A program made the position numbers and the translations under genes. The notes beneath the pieces were generated by a model. It was not told the origin of the DNA. It saw only the letters and a list, made by a program, of their open reading frames with translations, and did not search any database. From IMG/VR virus record IMGVR_UViG_3300048881_000448, positions 1-30,707 of that record: a stretch of DNA of 30,707 nt; one strand, 5' to 3'. Shown piece by piece: positions 1 through 8,053 of this stretch; within the stretch, counting starts at the first letter, position 1; each line of letters opens with the position of its first letter. Origin of the DNA: a virus (taxonomy: Duplodnaviria; Caudoviricetes).

Positions 1-11
1 AGCAACCCGAT

Positions 12-98
12 GCCCGGGTGGTGAAATTGGTAGACACAAGGGATTTAAAATCCCTCGCTGGTAACAGCGTGCCGGTTCAAGTCCGGCCCCGGGCACCA
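12..98 (+). tRNA. leuZ: tRNA-Leu (anticodon TAA), likely prophage integration site
   Basis: GCCCGGG acceptor stem pairing with CCGGGC, anticodon arm AGGGA-TTTAAAA-TCCCT, long variable arm, GTTCAAGTC T-loop, encoded CCA. Confidence 0.96.
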
Positions 99-166
99 AT
101 CTAAAATCCTTTAAATACAGCCACTTACGAACACATAACCTTTTATTCAAAACACACGAAAAACCC

Positions 167-199
167 ATTTCAGAATATTTCAGAATATAATTTCAGAAT
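167..199 (+). repeat. Three direct repeats ATTTCAGAAT, probable integrase arm-type sites
   Basis: Exact 10-mers at 167-176, 177-186 and 190-199, about 70 bp from the tRNA 3' end. Confidence 0.7.
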
Positions 200-218
200 A
201 TTATTGCTTTTCAGGTAC

Positions 219-244
219 AAAAAAACCGCAATTAAGCGGCTTTT
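219..244. terminator. Probable bidirectional intrinsic terminator
   Basis: A-tract, CCGC-aattaa-GCGG hairpin, T-tract; lies between convergent tRNA and integrase transcripts. Confidence 0.6.
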
Positions 245-245
245 C

Positions 246-293
246 AACTTACCGGAAATTCCGGATAGTTCACCTGTTCGGTAGTTCCGAACA
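246..293. repeat. Two adjacent imperfect palindromes
   Basis: AACTTACCGGAAATTCCGGATAGTT (246-270) and TGTTCGG-TAGTT-CCGAACA (275-293). Confidence 0.7.
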
Positions 294-303
294 ACTTAAA
301 TTT

Positions 304-477
304 TTAATATTCGTTTTCTTCTGCTATTCGCTTTCTTTTCTTCTCTTCATAAGCATCCCAGTCCGTATTCCTTTCCATTTCAATACAGTCATCACAAAGA
401 CGGGCGCCATAATAGTTAGAGACTGGAATTCTACGGCAATACTCACACCCACTTACATCACAATAGTCTTCACTCAC
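304..477 (-). CDS. Small Cys-rich (putative Zn-binding) protein, 57 aa, absent from the ORF track
   Basis: Manual translation MSEDYCDVSGCEYCRRIPVSNYYGARLCDDCIEMERNTDWDAYEEKKRKRIAEENEY; GTGA overlap with the integrase stop. Confidence 0.7.
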   Translation of the reverse strand: MSEDYCDVSGCEYCRRIPVSNYYGARLCDDCIEMERNTDWDAYEEKKRKRIAEENEY

Positions 478-1475
478 TTCTTACTCTCCACTGTTGGTAC
501 CACTGCGACTTTTCTGTCATACACACGAACCTGGCTTTCTGTTTTGTGGCCACTGGCCTGTTGTTTCTCGCTTACTGTCCCTTCAAAGTCACTAATACCT
601 TTGGCTTTAATGTCATGGAACGTGAAATCTAAAGGTAGCTGGGTTTCTTCGCGCGCCTTGATGATAGCTTTGCGCCAGCGCTGATCGAAACTCGCTACTG
701 CGAACGGGTGACCGTTCTTCTGGTGAAGCACAAACATGCTGAATACGTCTGGGTTTATTTCATTTGCTGTACTTACAGCTTTGCGTAGTCGTGGGCCCCA
801 TTCCTTAATTTGTTTCTTACCCGTTTTACCTTGCTGTATGAAAATACCGTCTTTAAGCAGCTGGCTTTGATGCAATTTAACCACGTCAGCTTTACGGGCC
901 ATGCACAAATAGCTAATTTCCATTGCTGCTTTAACTACTGGGCAAGCTCTCTGATAAACCGCGTCATACTCGTAGTCTTCAATGTAGCGGTCTCTCGCTT
1001 TCTCTTTGAACTGCTTAACGCCTTGGCATGGGTTGCGCTGCACTTTGCCGCGTTCGTATGCCCATCGAAACACACGAGATAAAAACGCTTTGTGTCTATT
1101 CGCTTGCACTGGTGATTTTTGGCCAAGAATGTCCATGAACTTTCTTACATGAACAGGAGTAACCGTGTTCGGGTCCATTTTGCCAAATGCACTGAGTACT
1201 TTCTTGCTGTACTTCTGATAGTCTTTGCGCGTGTGTAACGATAAATCGCGGAAATCAGCACTATCAAAGAACGTTTCAACTAGGTGTTGAACAGTGTGCT
1301 TGTTATTGGCTATGGCCATATATTTTTCGTAAGCAGCCCATACTTCCGATTGTTTGGCGTCGACATCACAAAGGCGCACAGTTCCACCACCTACGGGTTT
1401 AAACTCGTAAGCACTGCGCCCTTTGTACACTCGCTGAGGCATCCATTGATCTTCTACTTTACGTTTACGTGGCAT
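474..1475 (-). CDS. int: Phage integrase (tyrosine recombinase)
   Basis: Catalytic motifs ARKAD, GKT, FHDIKAK, SGH, VYDR; adjacent to tRNA. Confidence 0.95.
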   Translation of the reverse strand: MPRKRKVEDQWMPQRVYKGRSAYEFKPVGGGTVRLCDVDAKQSEVWAAYEKYMAIANNKHTVQHLVETFFDSADFRDLSLHTRKDYQKYSKKVLSAFGKMDPNTVTPVHVRKFMDILGQKSPVQANRHKAFLSRVFRWAYERGKVQRNPCQGVKQFKEKARDRYIEDYEYDAVYQRACPVVKAAMEISYLCMARKADVVKLHQSQLLKDGIFIQQGKTGKKQIKEWGPRLRKAVSTANEINPDVFSMFVLHQKNGHPFAVASFDQRWRKAIIKAREETQLPLDFTFHDIKAKGISDFEGTVSEKQQASGHKTESQVRVYDRKVAVVPTVESKK

Positions 1476-1478
1476 AAT

Positions 1479-1685
1479 CTATTTCAAAAAGTTAGGGTTA
1501 AAACCGTCATCATTTGCTGCAGCTGGCGCTTTGTCGCGGCCATTTAGCCAGTCGTCGGTTGTCCACACTTCTCCCTTGGCGTTTACGCGGTAGGTAATAC
1601 CGTTCTCTTCAAACCAACGTACTTGAGAGCTTCGCTTCTCGTACCCGGTCATTGTCGTTATATCTGAGCCTATTACAATTTGCAT
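1479..1685 (-). CDS. Putative excisionase (DUF4224-like)
   Basis: 68 aa immediately upstream of int; MTGY..RSSQVRWF..NGI pattern typical of this family. Confidence 0.75.
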   Translation of the reverse strand: MQIVIGSDITTMTGYEKRSSQVRWFEENGITYRVNAKGEVWTTDDWLNGRDKAPAAANDDGFNPNFLK

Positions 1686-1686
1686 C

Positions 1687-3117
1687 TTACGCGACCTTTG
1701 ATAAACGTTGTTTGCACATTTCTGGTAGGTTTGCTTCTACTAAAGCCTTTGCAAAAGGTGGCGGTACTGCATTCCCACACCTGGCTACTTGCTTAGTTTT
1801 TGAAATAGGCTTTCCGTTTGGGTCAACATCAATGATGTAATCGTCTGCAAAGCCTTGCGCTTTAAATAACTCTCGTGGCTGCAGCATACGCATACCTATA
1901 TCAACAATCTGATAATCGACACCGTGTATAGTTACTAATCCGAAGCGCTCTTTAGTTGTAATAGTTTGAAGTGGCTGATCGGCAGGGTGCCCGATATTGG
2001 TACCGTAATACTTAAGTAAAAATGCTCTAACTTCACCTAAGTGCAAACCTCCAGCTGTAATAGTGTGTGCTGGCTCATCTGCACGGTGCCCAATGTTAGT
2101 GCCGCGCATTTTTATCAAATGACTGGTTACAAGCGCGTTATGATCTACAGTGGTAACTGTTGGGGTAGGGTTATCAACTGGCGCGCCAATAACGCCAGTG
2201 TAATGCTTTGCAAGGAAGGCACTTACTAGGGCAAAGTGCCCACCTTTGACGCCAGCACATTGAGTTCTTAAAGGTTCGTTTAATGCCATGTTGCGCTGAC
2301 TGCTTGCGTTTGCATGCTCAGTTATAAAAGGTGTTACTTCACTAACAATAAATGGCTTATCAGACTCAATAAGAAACTTTTGAATACCCTTAGCAATTCT
2401 TTTCAGCGTATTTTCAGCTAAAGGCTTTTTACGCTCGAAAATTGACGGGCAGGGAATAGACCAATCGATGCATTCAGCAGCTGTGCGCCAATGCTTTAGC
2501 TTGCCTGTTTTAACTTCTGGTGTATCTGGTTTACCGTGGGTAGGGATAGGCCAGACAATTGGACGACCATCACGGCGAGCCACCATGAAAAGACGCTTGC
2601 GGATAGTAGGTGCACCATAGTCACATGCACGAAGCTCTTTGAATTCTACTTTATAGCCTTGGCGCTCTAGCGCCCTGACGAATGACTGAAAAGTTTTACC
2701 CTTACGATCCGGGCAAGGCTTGCCATCCACTATTGGTCCCCAAGTTTTAAACTCTTCCACATTTTCCAACATGATTACTCGAGGCTTAACAGTCGCAGCC
2801 CAGCGAACAGCCACCCATGCTAATCCACGAATTTTCTTTTCAACCGGCTTGCCACCTTTAGCTTTACTGAAGTGCTTACAATCAGGGGAGAGCCAGCACA
2901 GACCAACAGGTAAGCCGTTTACAGCTTCACGTGGATTAACATCCCAAACGCTTTCGCAATAATGCTTTGTGACTGGGTGATTCATAGCGTGCATAGCAAT
3001 AGCATCAGGGTCATGGTTGATAGCAATGTCGACACTTCTACCAATAGCCATCTCAATTCCCGAAGAAGCACCGCCGCCCCCAGCAAAATTATCAACAATG
3101 AGTTCTTTAAATAACAT
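1687..3117 (-). CDS. DNA cytosine-C5 methyltransferase (orphan, phage type)
   Basis: Motifs FAGGGG, SPDCKHFS, ENVEEF, RKRLF, CGNAV; start placed at ATG 3117 after a GAGG Shine-Dalgarno. Confidence 0.93.
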   Translation of the reverse strand: MLFKELIVDNFAGGGGASSGIEMAIGRSVDIAINHDPDAIAMHAMNHPVTKHYCESVWDVNPREAVNGLPVGLCWLSPDCKHFSKAKGGKPVEKKIRGLAWVAVRWAATVKPRVIMLENVEEFKTWGPIVDGKPCPDRKGKTFQSFVRALERQGYKVEFKELRACDYGAPTIRKRLFMVARRDGRPIVWPIPTHGKPDTPEVKTGKLKHWRTAAECIDWSIPCPSIFERKKPLAENTLKRIAKGIQKFLIESDKPFIVSEVTPFITEHANASSQRNMALNEPLRTQCAGVKGGHFALVSAFLAKHYTGVIGAPVDNPTPTVTTVDHNALVTSHLIKMRGTNIGHRADEPAHTITAGGLHLGEVRAFLLKYYGTNIGHPADQPLQTITTKERFGLVTIHGVDYQIVDIGMRMLQPRELFKAQGFADDYIIDVDPNGKPISKTKQVARCGNAVPPPFAKALVEANLPEMCKQRLSKVA

Positions 3118-3118
3118 T

Positions 3119-3391
3119 TTAAACCTCAAACATTTTAGCCTGGTGCTGCTCTAGCGGTTCTGGCCTGTTCGTAACTTCGAATACCTCAATTAATGAGTCA
3201 TGAACGAAGCTGCTGCAGATTTCAGTGCAAAATACTTTTTTACCATGCGCTTCACAGGTACCGAACTGGGTTCTGTCTTTCGCACGGCCTGTATACTTTT
3301 CAACGTAAGGGCAGTGCTTATCTTGCTTATACCCTTCAACTGAGAAGTGATTACAGGCTATGCATGCTTTAGGTAGTTTCATCTGCATCAT
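3119..3391 (-). CDS. Cys-rich hypothetical phage protein
   Basis: CIACNHF plus four more Cys; tightly packed in the operon. Confidence 0.7.
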   Translation of the reverse strand: MMQMKLPKACIACNHFSVEGYKQDKHCPYVEKYTGRAKDRTQFGTCEAHGKKVFCTEICSSFVHDSLIEVFEVTNRPEPLEQHQAKMFEV

Positions 3392-3612
3392 GAATTTTTA
3401 CCCAACGCCAGCAGGCCAAACAAGAAAACGGCCACTATAGATACAATCCATACCCAGCACACAGAGCGCATTAAATAGTTAAACGCCCTTGGCTCTGTTC
3501 GACAATCGCCGCCATAGTATTTGAAGCTAACAATCAAGCCAAAAACACAGAGAAGTGAAGAACAAATCAAAAGCGCCCAGCTGATGCTAAAAAGGTTTTC
3601 GTAGTTCATCAC
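3388..3612 (-). CDS. Small two-TM membrane protein
   Basis: Two hydrophobic segments; 4-bp overlaps with both neighbours. Confidence 0.65.
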   Translation of the reverse strand: MMNYENLFSISWALLICSSLLCVFGLIVSFKYYGGDCRTEPRAFNYLMRSVCWVWIVSIVAVFLFGLLALGKNS

Positions 3613-4376
3613 TCTTGCTCCTTGCGTAGTTGTTCGATGTAATCTTGCAGGTCTGATACATCCACGAAGTGCGACTTGCCTTCCGCGTACGCTATTGAGG
3701 ACTCAATACCTTCAATCTGCTGCTCTATGGCGAATTTGTTTAGCCACTTGCCAAACTCAATGCAGTATTCATGCGGAGTTAAGCCCCACTTGCTAAATGC
3801 CACATCTTCCGAAGTCTCTCCAAATTCGTCTGTTTCTGATTCGACCATCAAAAAAGCATTCTCAATACGACTTAAGCAATCAGAAAAACTATGAAGGTTT
3901 CTAATGTTTGTGCATATAACAGACGTTGCTAATCTATTATTGTTTTCAGCGTTGAAGCCTAGCGCGTCAGCAATGCTGTTTGCGTGCAACTCCAGCCCCT
4001 CAACACGCTCATTAGCCTTTGCTAGTCCATCAGCACAATTGCCAAGCGTCTTTTCAAGCTTTTGAACTTTTTCCAGTGCAATTGATTTTTCTAAGTTCAT
4101 ATCTTGCGCAGCTAGCGTGGCTATTTTCTCGGCCCTCTCTGCTTTATCTGCAAGCTCATTAGCCTTTGCTAGTTGCTCGGTAAGGTGATTAATTTCATGA
4201 GATGCAGCTTGTGCCAGATCATTAATACTGACTTCACACGAACCCTCGCGGCCTTGGTCGTCTTCGCCAAAAACCTCCATACCACCGTCTTCAATCATTT
4301 CCGCATCAGCTGCAGCGAACTCACCAAGGATAAAGAGAAGTGCACCACCAAATTTATTTGTTTTTACGTTGCTCAT
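3609..4376 (-). CDS. Hypothetical coiled-coil early phage protein
   Basis: Long ORF; start placed at the ATGA overlap at 4376; internal LAKANE repeat. Confidence 0.75.
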   Translation of the reverse strand: MSNVKTNKFGGALLFILGEFAAADAEMIEDGGMEVFGEDDQGREGSCEVSINDLAQAASHEINHLTEQLAKANELADKAERAEKIATLAAQDMNLEKSIALEKVQKLEKTLGNCADGLAKANERVEGLELHANSIADALGFNAENNNRLATSVICTNIRNLHSFSDCLSRIENAFLMVESETDEFGETSEDVAFSKWGLTPHEYCIEFGKWLNKFAIEQQIEGIESSIAYAEGKSHFVDVSDLQDYIEQLRKEQE

Positions 4377-4768
4377 GCGCTGGCCACCTCTTTCCATTGA
4401 TCACGTTCACGAGTGATCTGGTTGATTTGCTCTTGCAGCTGCTCACACTGTTTTTGTAATAGGCCGCATTCGACGTTACCGTCATTAATGGTTTCTTCAT
4501 GTTGCTGCAGTTCAGACATGGCCAAACGCTTTAAGCGCTCATTTTCTGCATTAACGCGCGCCAGCTCCTGAATAATTGCATCAGCTACACATTCACCTTC
4601 ATCTACCAGATTGTTACCAACGCAATGCTCGAGTAATTTTTCAAGGCTTTGCTCATTACGCGTGGCTGCTTCAACGATTGGGGCGAATGCCTCTCTAACC
4701 TCATTAGCTGAAATTAGGGTGCCATTAACAGGGCAGTGGCCTAAGGCCTTAAAATCAAGCTTAGTCAT
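4373..4768 (-). CDS. Hypothetical coiled-coil protein
   Basis: Q/E/L heptads; translationally coupled to neighbours. Confidence 0.75.
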   Translation of the reverse strand: MTKLDFKALGHCPVNGTLISANEVREAFAPIVEAATRNEQSLEKLLEHCVGNNLVDEGECVADAIIQELARVNAENERLKRLAMSELQQHEETINDGNVECGLLQKQCEQLQEQINQITRERDQWKEVASA

Positions 4769-4950
4769 TACTGCATCCCTAAATCTTCAAGTGTTACGCC
4801 TAGCTCTTTCGCCATTTCATGTGCTTCTATGCGACGACGAACGCGGCAAGCTTCAAGTGACTCTTGCTTAGTGCGGCGCTTCTCAGTTGATCCTTTGCCG
4901 CGAAAACATGAATCTGTGAATTGTTGAAATACATCGTTATGCGGTCTCAT
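4768..4950 (-). CDS. Small hypothetical phage protein
   Basis: 60 aa; TAATG overlap with the next gene; RRRIEAHEMAKELG C-terminus. Confidence 0.7.
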   Translation of the reverse strand: MRPHNDVFQQFTDSCFRGKGSTEKRRTKQESLEACRVRRRIEAHEMAKELGVTLEDLGMQ

Positions 4951-4954
4951 TCGC

Positions 4955-5122
4955 CTAATCCTTTTTACTTGTTTCTTCTAGCGCTTCAGCGCGTTCTAAC
5001 TGAATGGCAAGGCTCTCTAACTGGCGAACCTCATCAACGCTAAACTGAACCGGCAGGTTCGAACCAATCACCTTGGCCAACGCGCTTACTCCGGTACCGT
5101 TCAATTGAAATATGTGTTTCAT
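4955..5122 (-). CDS. Small hypothetical protein, 55 aa, absent from the ORF track
   Basis: Manual translation MKHIFQLNGTGVSALAKVIGSNLPVQFSVDEVRQLESLAIQLERAEALEETSKKD fills the operon gap. Confidence 0.55.
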   Translation of the reverse strand: MKHIFQLNGTGVSALAKVIGSNLPVQFSVDEVRQLESLAIQLERAEALEETSKKD

Positions 5123-5161
5123 AGTTACTGAGTGGGGCAGTGCCCCACACCTTATTGATGG

Positions 5162-6019
5162 TTAAGCGCGAAAGCCGCCGATAAAGACTTCAACAGGCAA
5201 CTCGTTAAGGTTGTCTGAAATCTTCTCTTTGAACTCTTCAGAGATTTGTTCGTTATGCTCTTCTTCACCCACTATGCGCAGCGTGAAGGTAATGCGCGCA
5301 TCACCAGTGAGCATTGAAACGCGGATTCTGAACGTAACTTCTGATAGGCCTGCATAGGGGACGCAGGTAAAATTAATGTAGGCTGGCAGGTCTTTCTTGT
5401 TCTTGGCCGCTTCACGCTCTGTCACGCTGGCGCTGTTCTCGAACTGGTCTATTGAGCTTTCAATTTCTCGTACACGCTCAACGGTTACCGTTCTAACTGC
5501 GTTAATGGCCACAGCCAGATTCATTTGTTCACCTGAAAGACCGTCTACTGTGATACGGTCTTTCCAGTCTTCAATGAAATCACTAAGGTCTTGCTGACCA
5601 GAACGTCCACCGCATGCAGAAATCAACGCCTTATAAGCAGCTGTTTTAGGGATGCTAAGTGTAGCCTTGTGATCACAGTGACCAGGTACAACCAAATCAC
5701 CTACGTTTAAAACGGCAGCGGCCTTCATGTCTTCACCGTCGATAAATACTTGCGCGTTAGGGTAAAGCGGGGTTTCTTCGCCAACGTACTCACTCACATA
5801 CGCAACAAAGCTTTTGATATCTTCCGTAGTAAAGGAGCCGCGAAAACGTGTTCGGTTCTGCAGTTGGTTTTCAAAGTTAAGTAAAGAAAAATTATCCGGT
5901 ACCATCATGGCCGGTGCTTCTCTTTCCTGAATCAAGCAAGTAGTGTCAGCCAGCTGCGCATTTAATTGCTTGTTAAGTTCGCTCTTTTGAAGTTCTAGAA
6001 GTGTGTCGCGATCTAACAT
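5162..6019 (-). CDS. DUF2303 / YfdQ-family protein
   Basis: RFRGSFTT..I.SF, GHCDH.A.L, QQDLSDFIEDW, F.CVPY.GL and IG.F C-terminus are typical of the family. Confidence 0.85.
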   Translation of the reverse strand: MLDRDTLLELQKSELNKQLNAQLADTTCLIQEREAPAMMVPDNFSLLNFENQLQNRTRFRGSFTTEDIKSFVAYVSEYVGEETPLYPNAQVFIDGEDMKAAAVLNVGDLVVPGHCDHKATLSIPKTAAYKALISACGGRSGQQDLSDFIEDWKDRITVDGLSGEQMNLAVAINAVRTVTVERVREIESSIDQFENSASVTEREAAKNKKDLPAYINFTCVPYAGLSEVTFRIRVSMLTGDARITFTLRIVGEEEHNEQISEEFKEKISDNLNELPVEVFIGGFRA

Positions 6020-6021
6020 AA

Positions 6022-6390
6022 TTATTCCTTAGTCATCTTAGTTACATTGGCTTGACCCGCGAACAGGTCGTCGTGGCTTTTAGCAAGCAAACTAATAGAA
6101 CCATCCTTGTTCACCCACATTGGGGTTTCAGTGGTGGTCTCTTCGTTAATCTTGCCCGTTGGGGTAGGACGTGAATATTTGGCAGTAGAAACCACCTTCA
6201 CTTTAATGCCTGCACCGTTTTGGGCAGACGTTGCAGCCGGTTCAATTTTGAAGGTAACGTCTAACTTGCCACCCTTATTGAATCGAAAGATTGATTTGCT
6301 CACCTCTGTAAGAAAGGCAGTTAGCTGACGCTCAAATGCACCGCTATCTACTTCAGCGAGAAATTCATTTAATGGGCCTTGTTCGCTCAT
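6022..6390 (-). CDS. YfdP-like hypothetical protein (partner of DUF2303)
   Basis: FL.EVD.G.FE, PT..GK..EE...ETPMWV...G.IS pattern; directly upstream of DUF2303. Confidence 0.7.
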   Translation of the reverse strand: MSEQGPLNEFLAEVDSGAFERQLTAFLTEVSKSIFRFNKGGKLDVTFKIEPAATSAQNGAGIKVKVVSTAKYSRPTPTGKINEETTTETPMWVNKDGSISLLAKSHDDLFAGQANVTKMTKE

Positions 6391-6419
6391 TGTTTTTCCT
6401 TTGGTTAAGCTGCTAGCAG

Positions 6420-6623
6420 CTATTCAATAAAATCGTCTAAACCGCGTTGCTGTGCTCTTCGCTTGAACTTCTCAAGCGCGGTTTTTTCTAGTTTGTCGAT
6501 GCGGTAAACGTTGCAGCCGCATACTTCTGCAATAGCGTCACGAGTAATTATTTGCCCTGGCTCGATAAGCACACTTAGCACTGCCAAGCCAAGGTCAATG
6601 TTTAACTCGTCTTCGCGCTTCAT
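6420..6623 (-). CDS. Stand-alone sigma-70 region 4-like HTH protein
   Basis: TRDAIAEVCGCNVYRIDKLEKTALEKFKR resembles the sigma 4.2 consensus T..EI....GVTRERIRQIE..AL.KLR. Confidence 0.65.
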   Translation of the reverse strand: MKREDELNIDLGLAVLSVLIEPGQIITRDAIAEVCGCNVYRIDKLEKTALEKFKRRAQQRGLDDFIE

Positions 6624-7498
6624 TAAGCATTAGCAGCTAGCGCTGCAGCTTTAGCTTGCAAACTGAAGTAGCGGTCTAGGAATAGTTCTTTGGCACCCAT
6701 TGGTGGAAGCGGGTGAATGATTTCTTCACAAGGCACTTGATCACTAATGAATGCCCAGTGAGCAGGGTGAGGTGTCATTAGGTCGCGCACCTCGGTAGCT
6801 AGCATTTTTATATCTGCGTCTTTTACGCATGCATGAACTGGCCATTCAACGCCGACACTTCTGTAAAGGTTCTGTTCAATAGTGGTGTGAATACTTTGGT
6901 AGACAGGTAGCAACTGCTTTAAAGGGGAAACCATGTCACCACAGTAAGCTTCTGCAGCATCATGAAGTAGGGCAGCTAGCGCATGTTCTTCTGGTACCAA
7001 CTCACTAACAAGAACGGAATGTTGCGCAACTGAGTAGAATTTATTGGTGTGGCCATTGAAGCGGCACATGTTAGAAAGTGCGTGTGCGATGTCTTCAATA
7101 TCAAAAAGCATGTGCTTAATGTTGGTGTAATCAAACGTGGTACCAGAGCGCAGCTGAACTTTCGGAGGAACTTGAGCGTTTGATAGAGGTACCACATTAT
7201 TCGGCTTTGCCGGGGTGCTGGTGACTGTGATGTCGAACTCTTTACAGATTTCGCGAAGCTTGCTTACTGTCTCTTGGATCTTCTCAAACAGATAGTTTTC
7301 ACCAGGCCATGAGTTCGCATTGCTTAAATAACAATGATTGAGACCATCTTTCCAAACATCGATAAAGAAATAACCTTTATCTAGGGCTATTTGGTGCTGA
7401 ACACTAAAGCGAACATCATCAGCGATAGCATTTGTAAGAAGCAGCATTTCATCTTTGCCAGCTGCGATTGATTCTTTAAGTATTGAATTTGATTGCAT
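6623..7498 (-). CDS. HD-domain 5'-deoxynucleotidase (YfdR/YfbR-like) with N-terminal extension
   Basis: IEDIAHALSNMCRFNGH, YSVAQHS, ALLHDAAEAYCGD, VKDAD motifs. Confidence 0.88.
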   Translation of the reverse strand: MQSNSILKESIAAGKDEMLLLTNAIADDVRFSVQHQIALDKGYFFIDVWKDGLNHCYLSNANSWPGENYLFEKIQETVSKLREICKEFDITVTSTPAKPNNVVPLSNAQVPPKVQLRSGTTFDYTNIKHMLFDIEDIAHALSNMCRFNGHTNKFYSVAQHSVLVSELVPEEHALAALLHDAAEAYCGDMVSPLKQLLPVYQSIHTTIEQNLYRSVGVEWPVHACVKDADIKMLATEVRDLMTPHPAHWAFISDQVPCEEIIHPLPPMGAKELFLDRYFSLQAKAAALAANA

Positions 7499-7590
7499 TT
7501 TGTCGCATCTCCAGTTCAAAGCTATTGCTTTTTTGAACGTCCGTTATATATTAAGGCGCGGTTATTTATTAAACCGACACCCCACAGGGA

Positions 7591-7699
7591 ATATGCTTAA
7601 AGGTAAGAATCTTGCCTTTACTTACCAAAAAGATAATACTAATATTAGTAAAAAGGTAAGGTTATGCAATACCAAAACGGTAAGAAATTAACTGGTAAG
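7591..7699 (-). promoter_or_regulatory. OL/PL operator cluster (17-bp CTTACC-N5-GGTAAG-like sites)
   Basis: Sites at 7621-7637, 7644-7660 and 7668-7684, plus GGTAAG half-sites ending 7607 and 7699; same motif as OR. Confidence 0.75.
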
Positions 7700-7734
7700 A
7701 CCAGATAGTTGGGGTTTGAAGTAAGGGATTTTCA

Positions 7735-7796
7735 TTGAAGCAGTAAGATTTCTGTTAAAGTTTGGCTGTACATCCGTACAACAACATACACAGGAA
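7735..7796 (+). promoter_or_regulatory. Putative promoter of the 7802-8898 cassette with overlapping LexA-box-like site and RBS
   Basis: TTGAAG 7735-7740; extended -10 TGtTAAAGT 7753-7761; CTGT-ACATCCGT-ACAA 7766-7781; AGGA 7792-7795. Confidence 0.55.
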
Positions 7797-7801
7797 TAAT
7801 C

Positions 7802-8044
7802 ATGAAAAAACTGCTTAAAAACGCCTCTCTAATTTCAATCGCAATCTTTGCTTGCTATGCCTCTACCTCTGCTAACGCTGACCCCGTTAGCAAGCTTACT
7901 TGCGCCTTAAACCCTTCTTCATGCTCATCAACGCTTGGAGCTGGGGGTACAGGCCATGGTGGTACCGGCGGTGGTAATGGCGGTAACACTGGTACGAAAA
8001 CGGAAATCACAAACGGTGTAAATAATGCGAAAAGTAACGAATAG
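7802..8044 (+). CDS. Secreted peptide precursor (signal peptide, Cys-x6-Cys loop, Gly-rich segment)
   Basis: MKKLLK n-region, hydrophobic h-region, ANA|D signal peptidase I site; CALNPSSC; GAGGTGHGGTGGGNGG; good RBS. Confidence 0.85.
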   Translation: MKKLLKNASLISIAIFACYASTSANADPVSKLTCALNPSSCSSTLGAGGTGHGGTGGGNGGNTGTKTEITNGVNNAKSNE

Positions 8045-8053
8045 GTGTAATAA

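Noticed and set aside
167-199. Direct repeats as a mini CRISPR array
   Set aside because: The units are 10 bp with no spacers and there are no cas genes; arm-type sites fit better
600-625. Integrase has HxxK (FHDIKAK) instead of HxxR, suggesting possible inactivation
   Set aside because: From memory this variant is common in this integrase subfamily; the other catalytic residues and the ORF are intact
5132-5148. GTGGGGCA-G-TGCCCCAC hairpin as a terminator
   Set aside because: There is no U-tract on the coding (-) strand; it may be a processing or stability hairpin, but support is insufficient
7455-7691. 78-aa + strand ORF over the OL region
   Set aside because: It overlaps operators and the HD gene start, and has no RBS or protein-like composition
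7802-7855. Lipobox (IFAC) in the cassette peptide
   Set aside because: Phe at -2 is atypical and a canonical ANA|D SPase I site follows; disfavoured but not excluded
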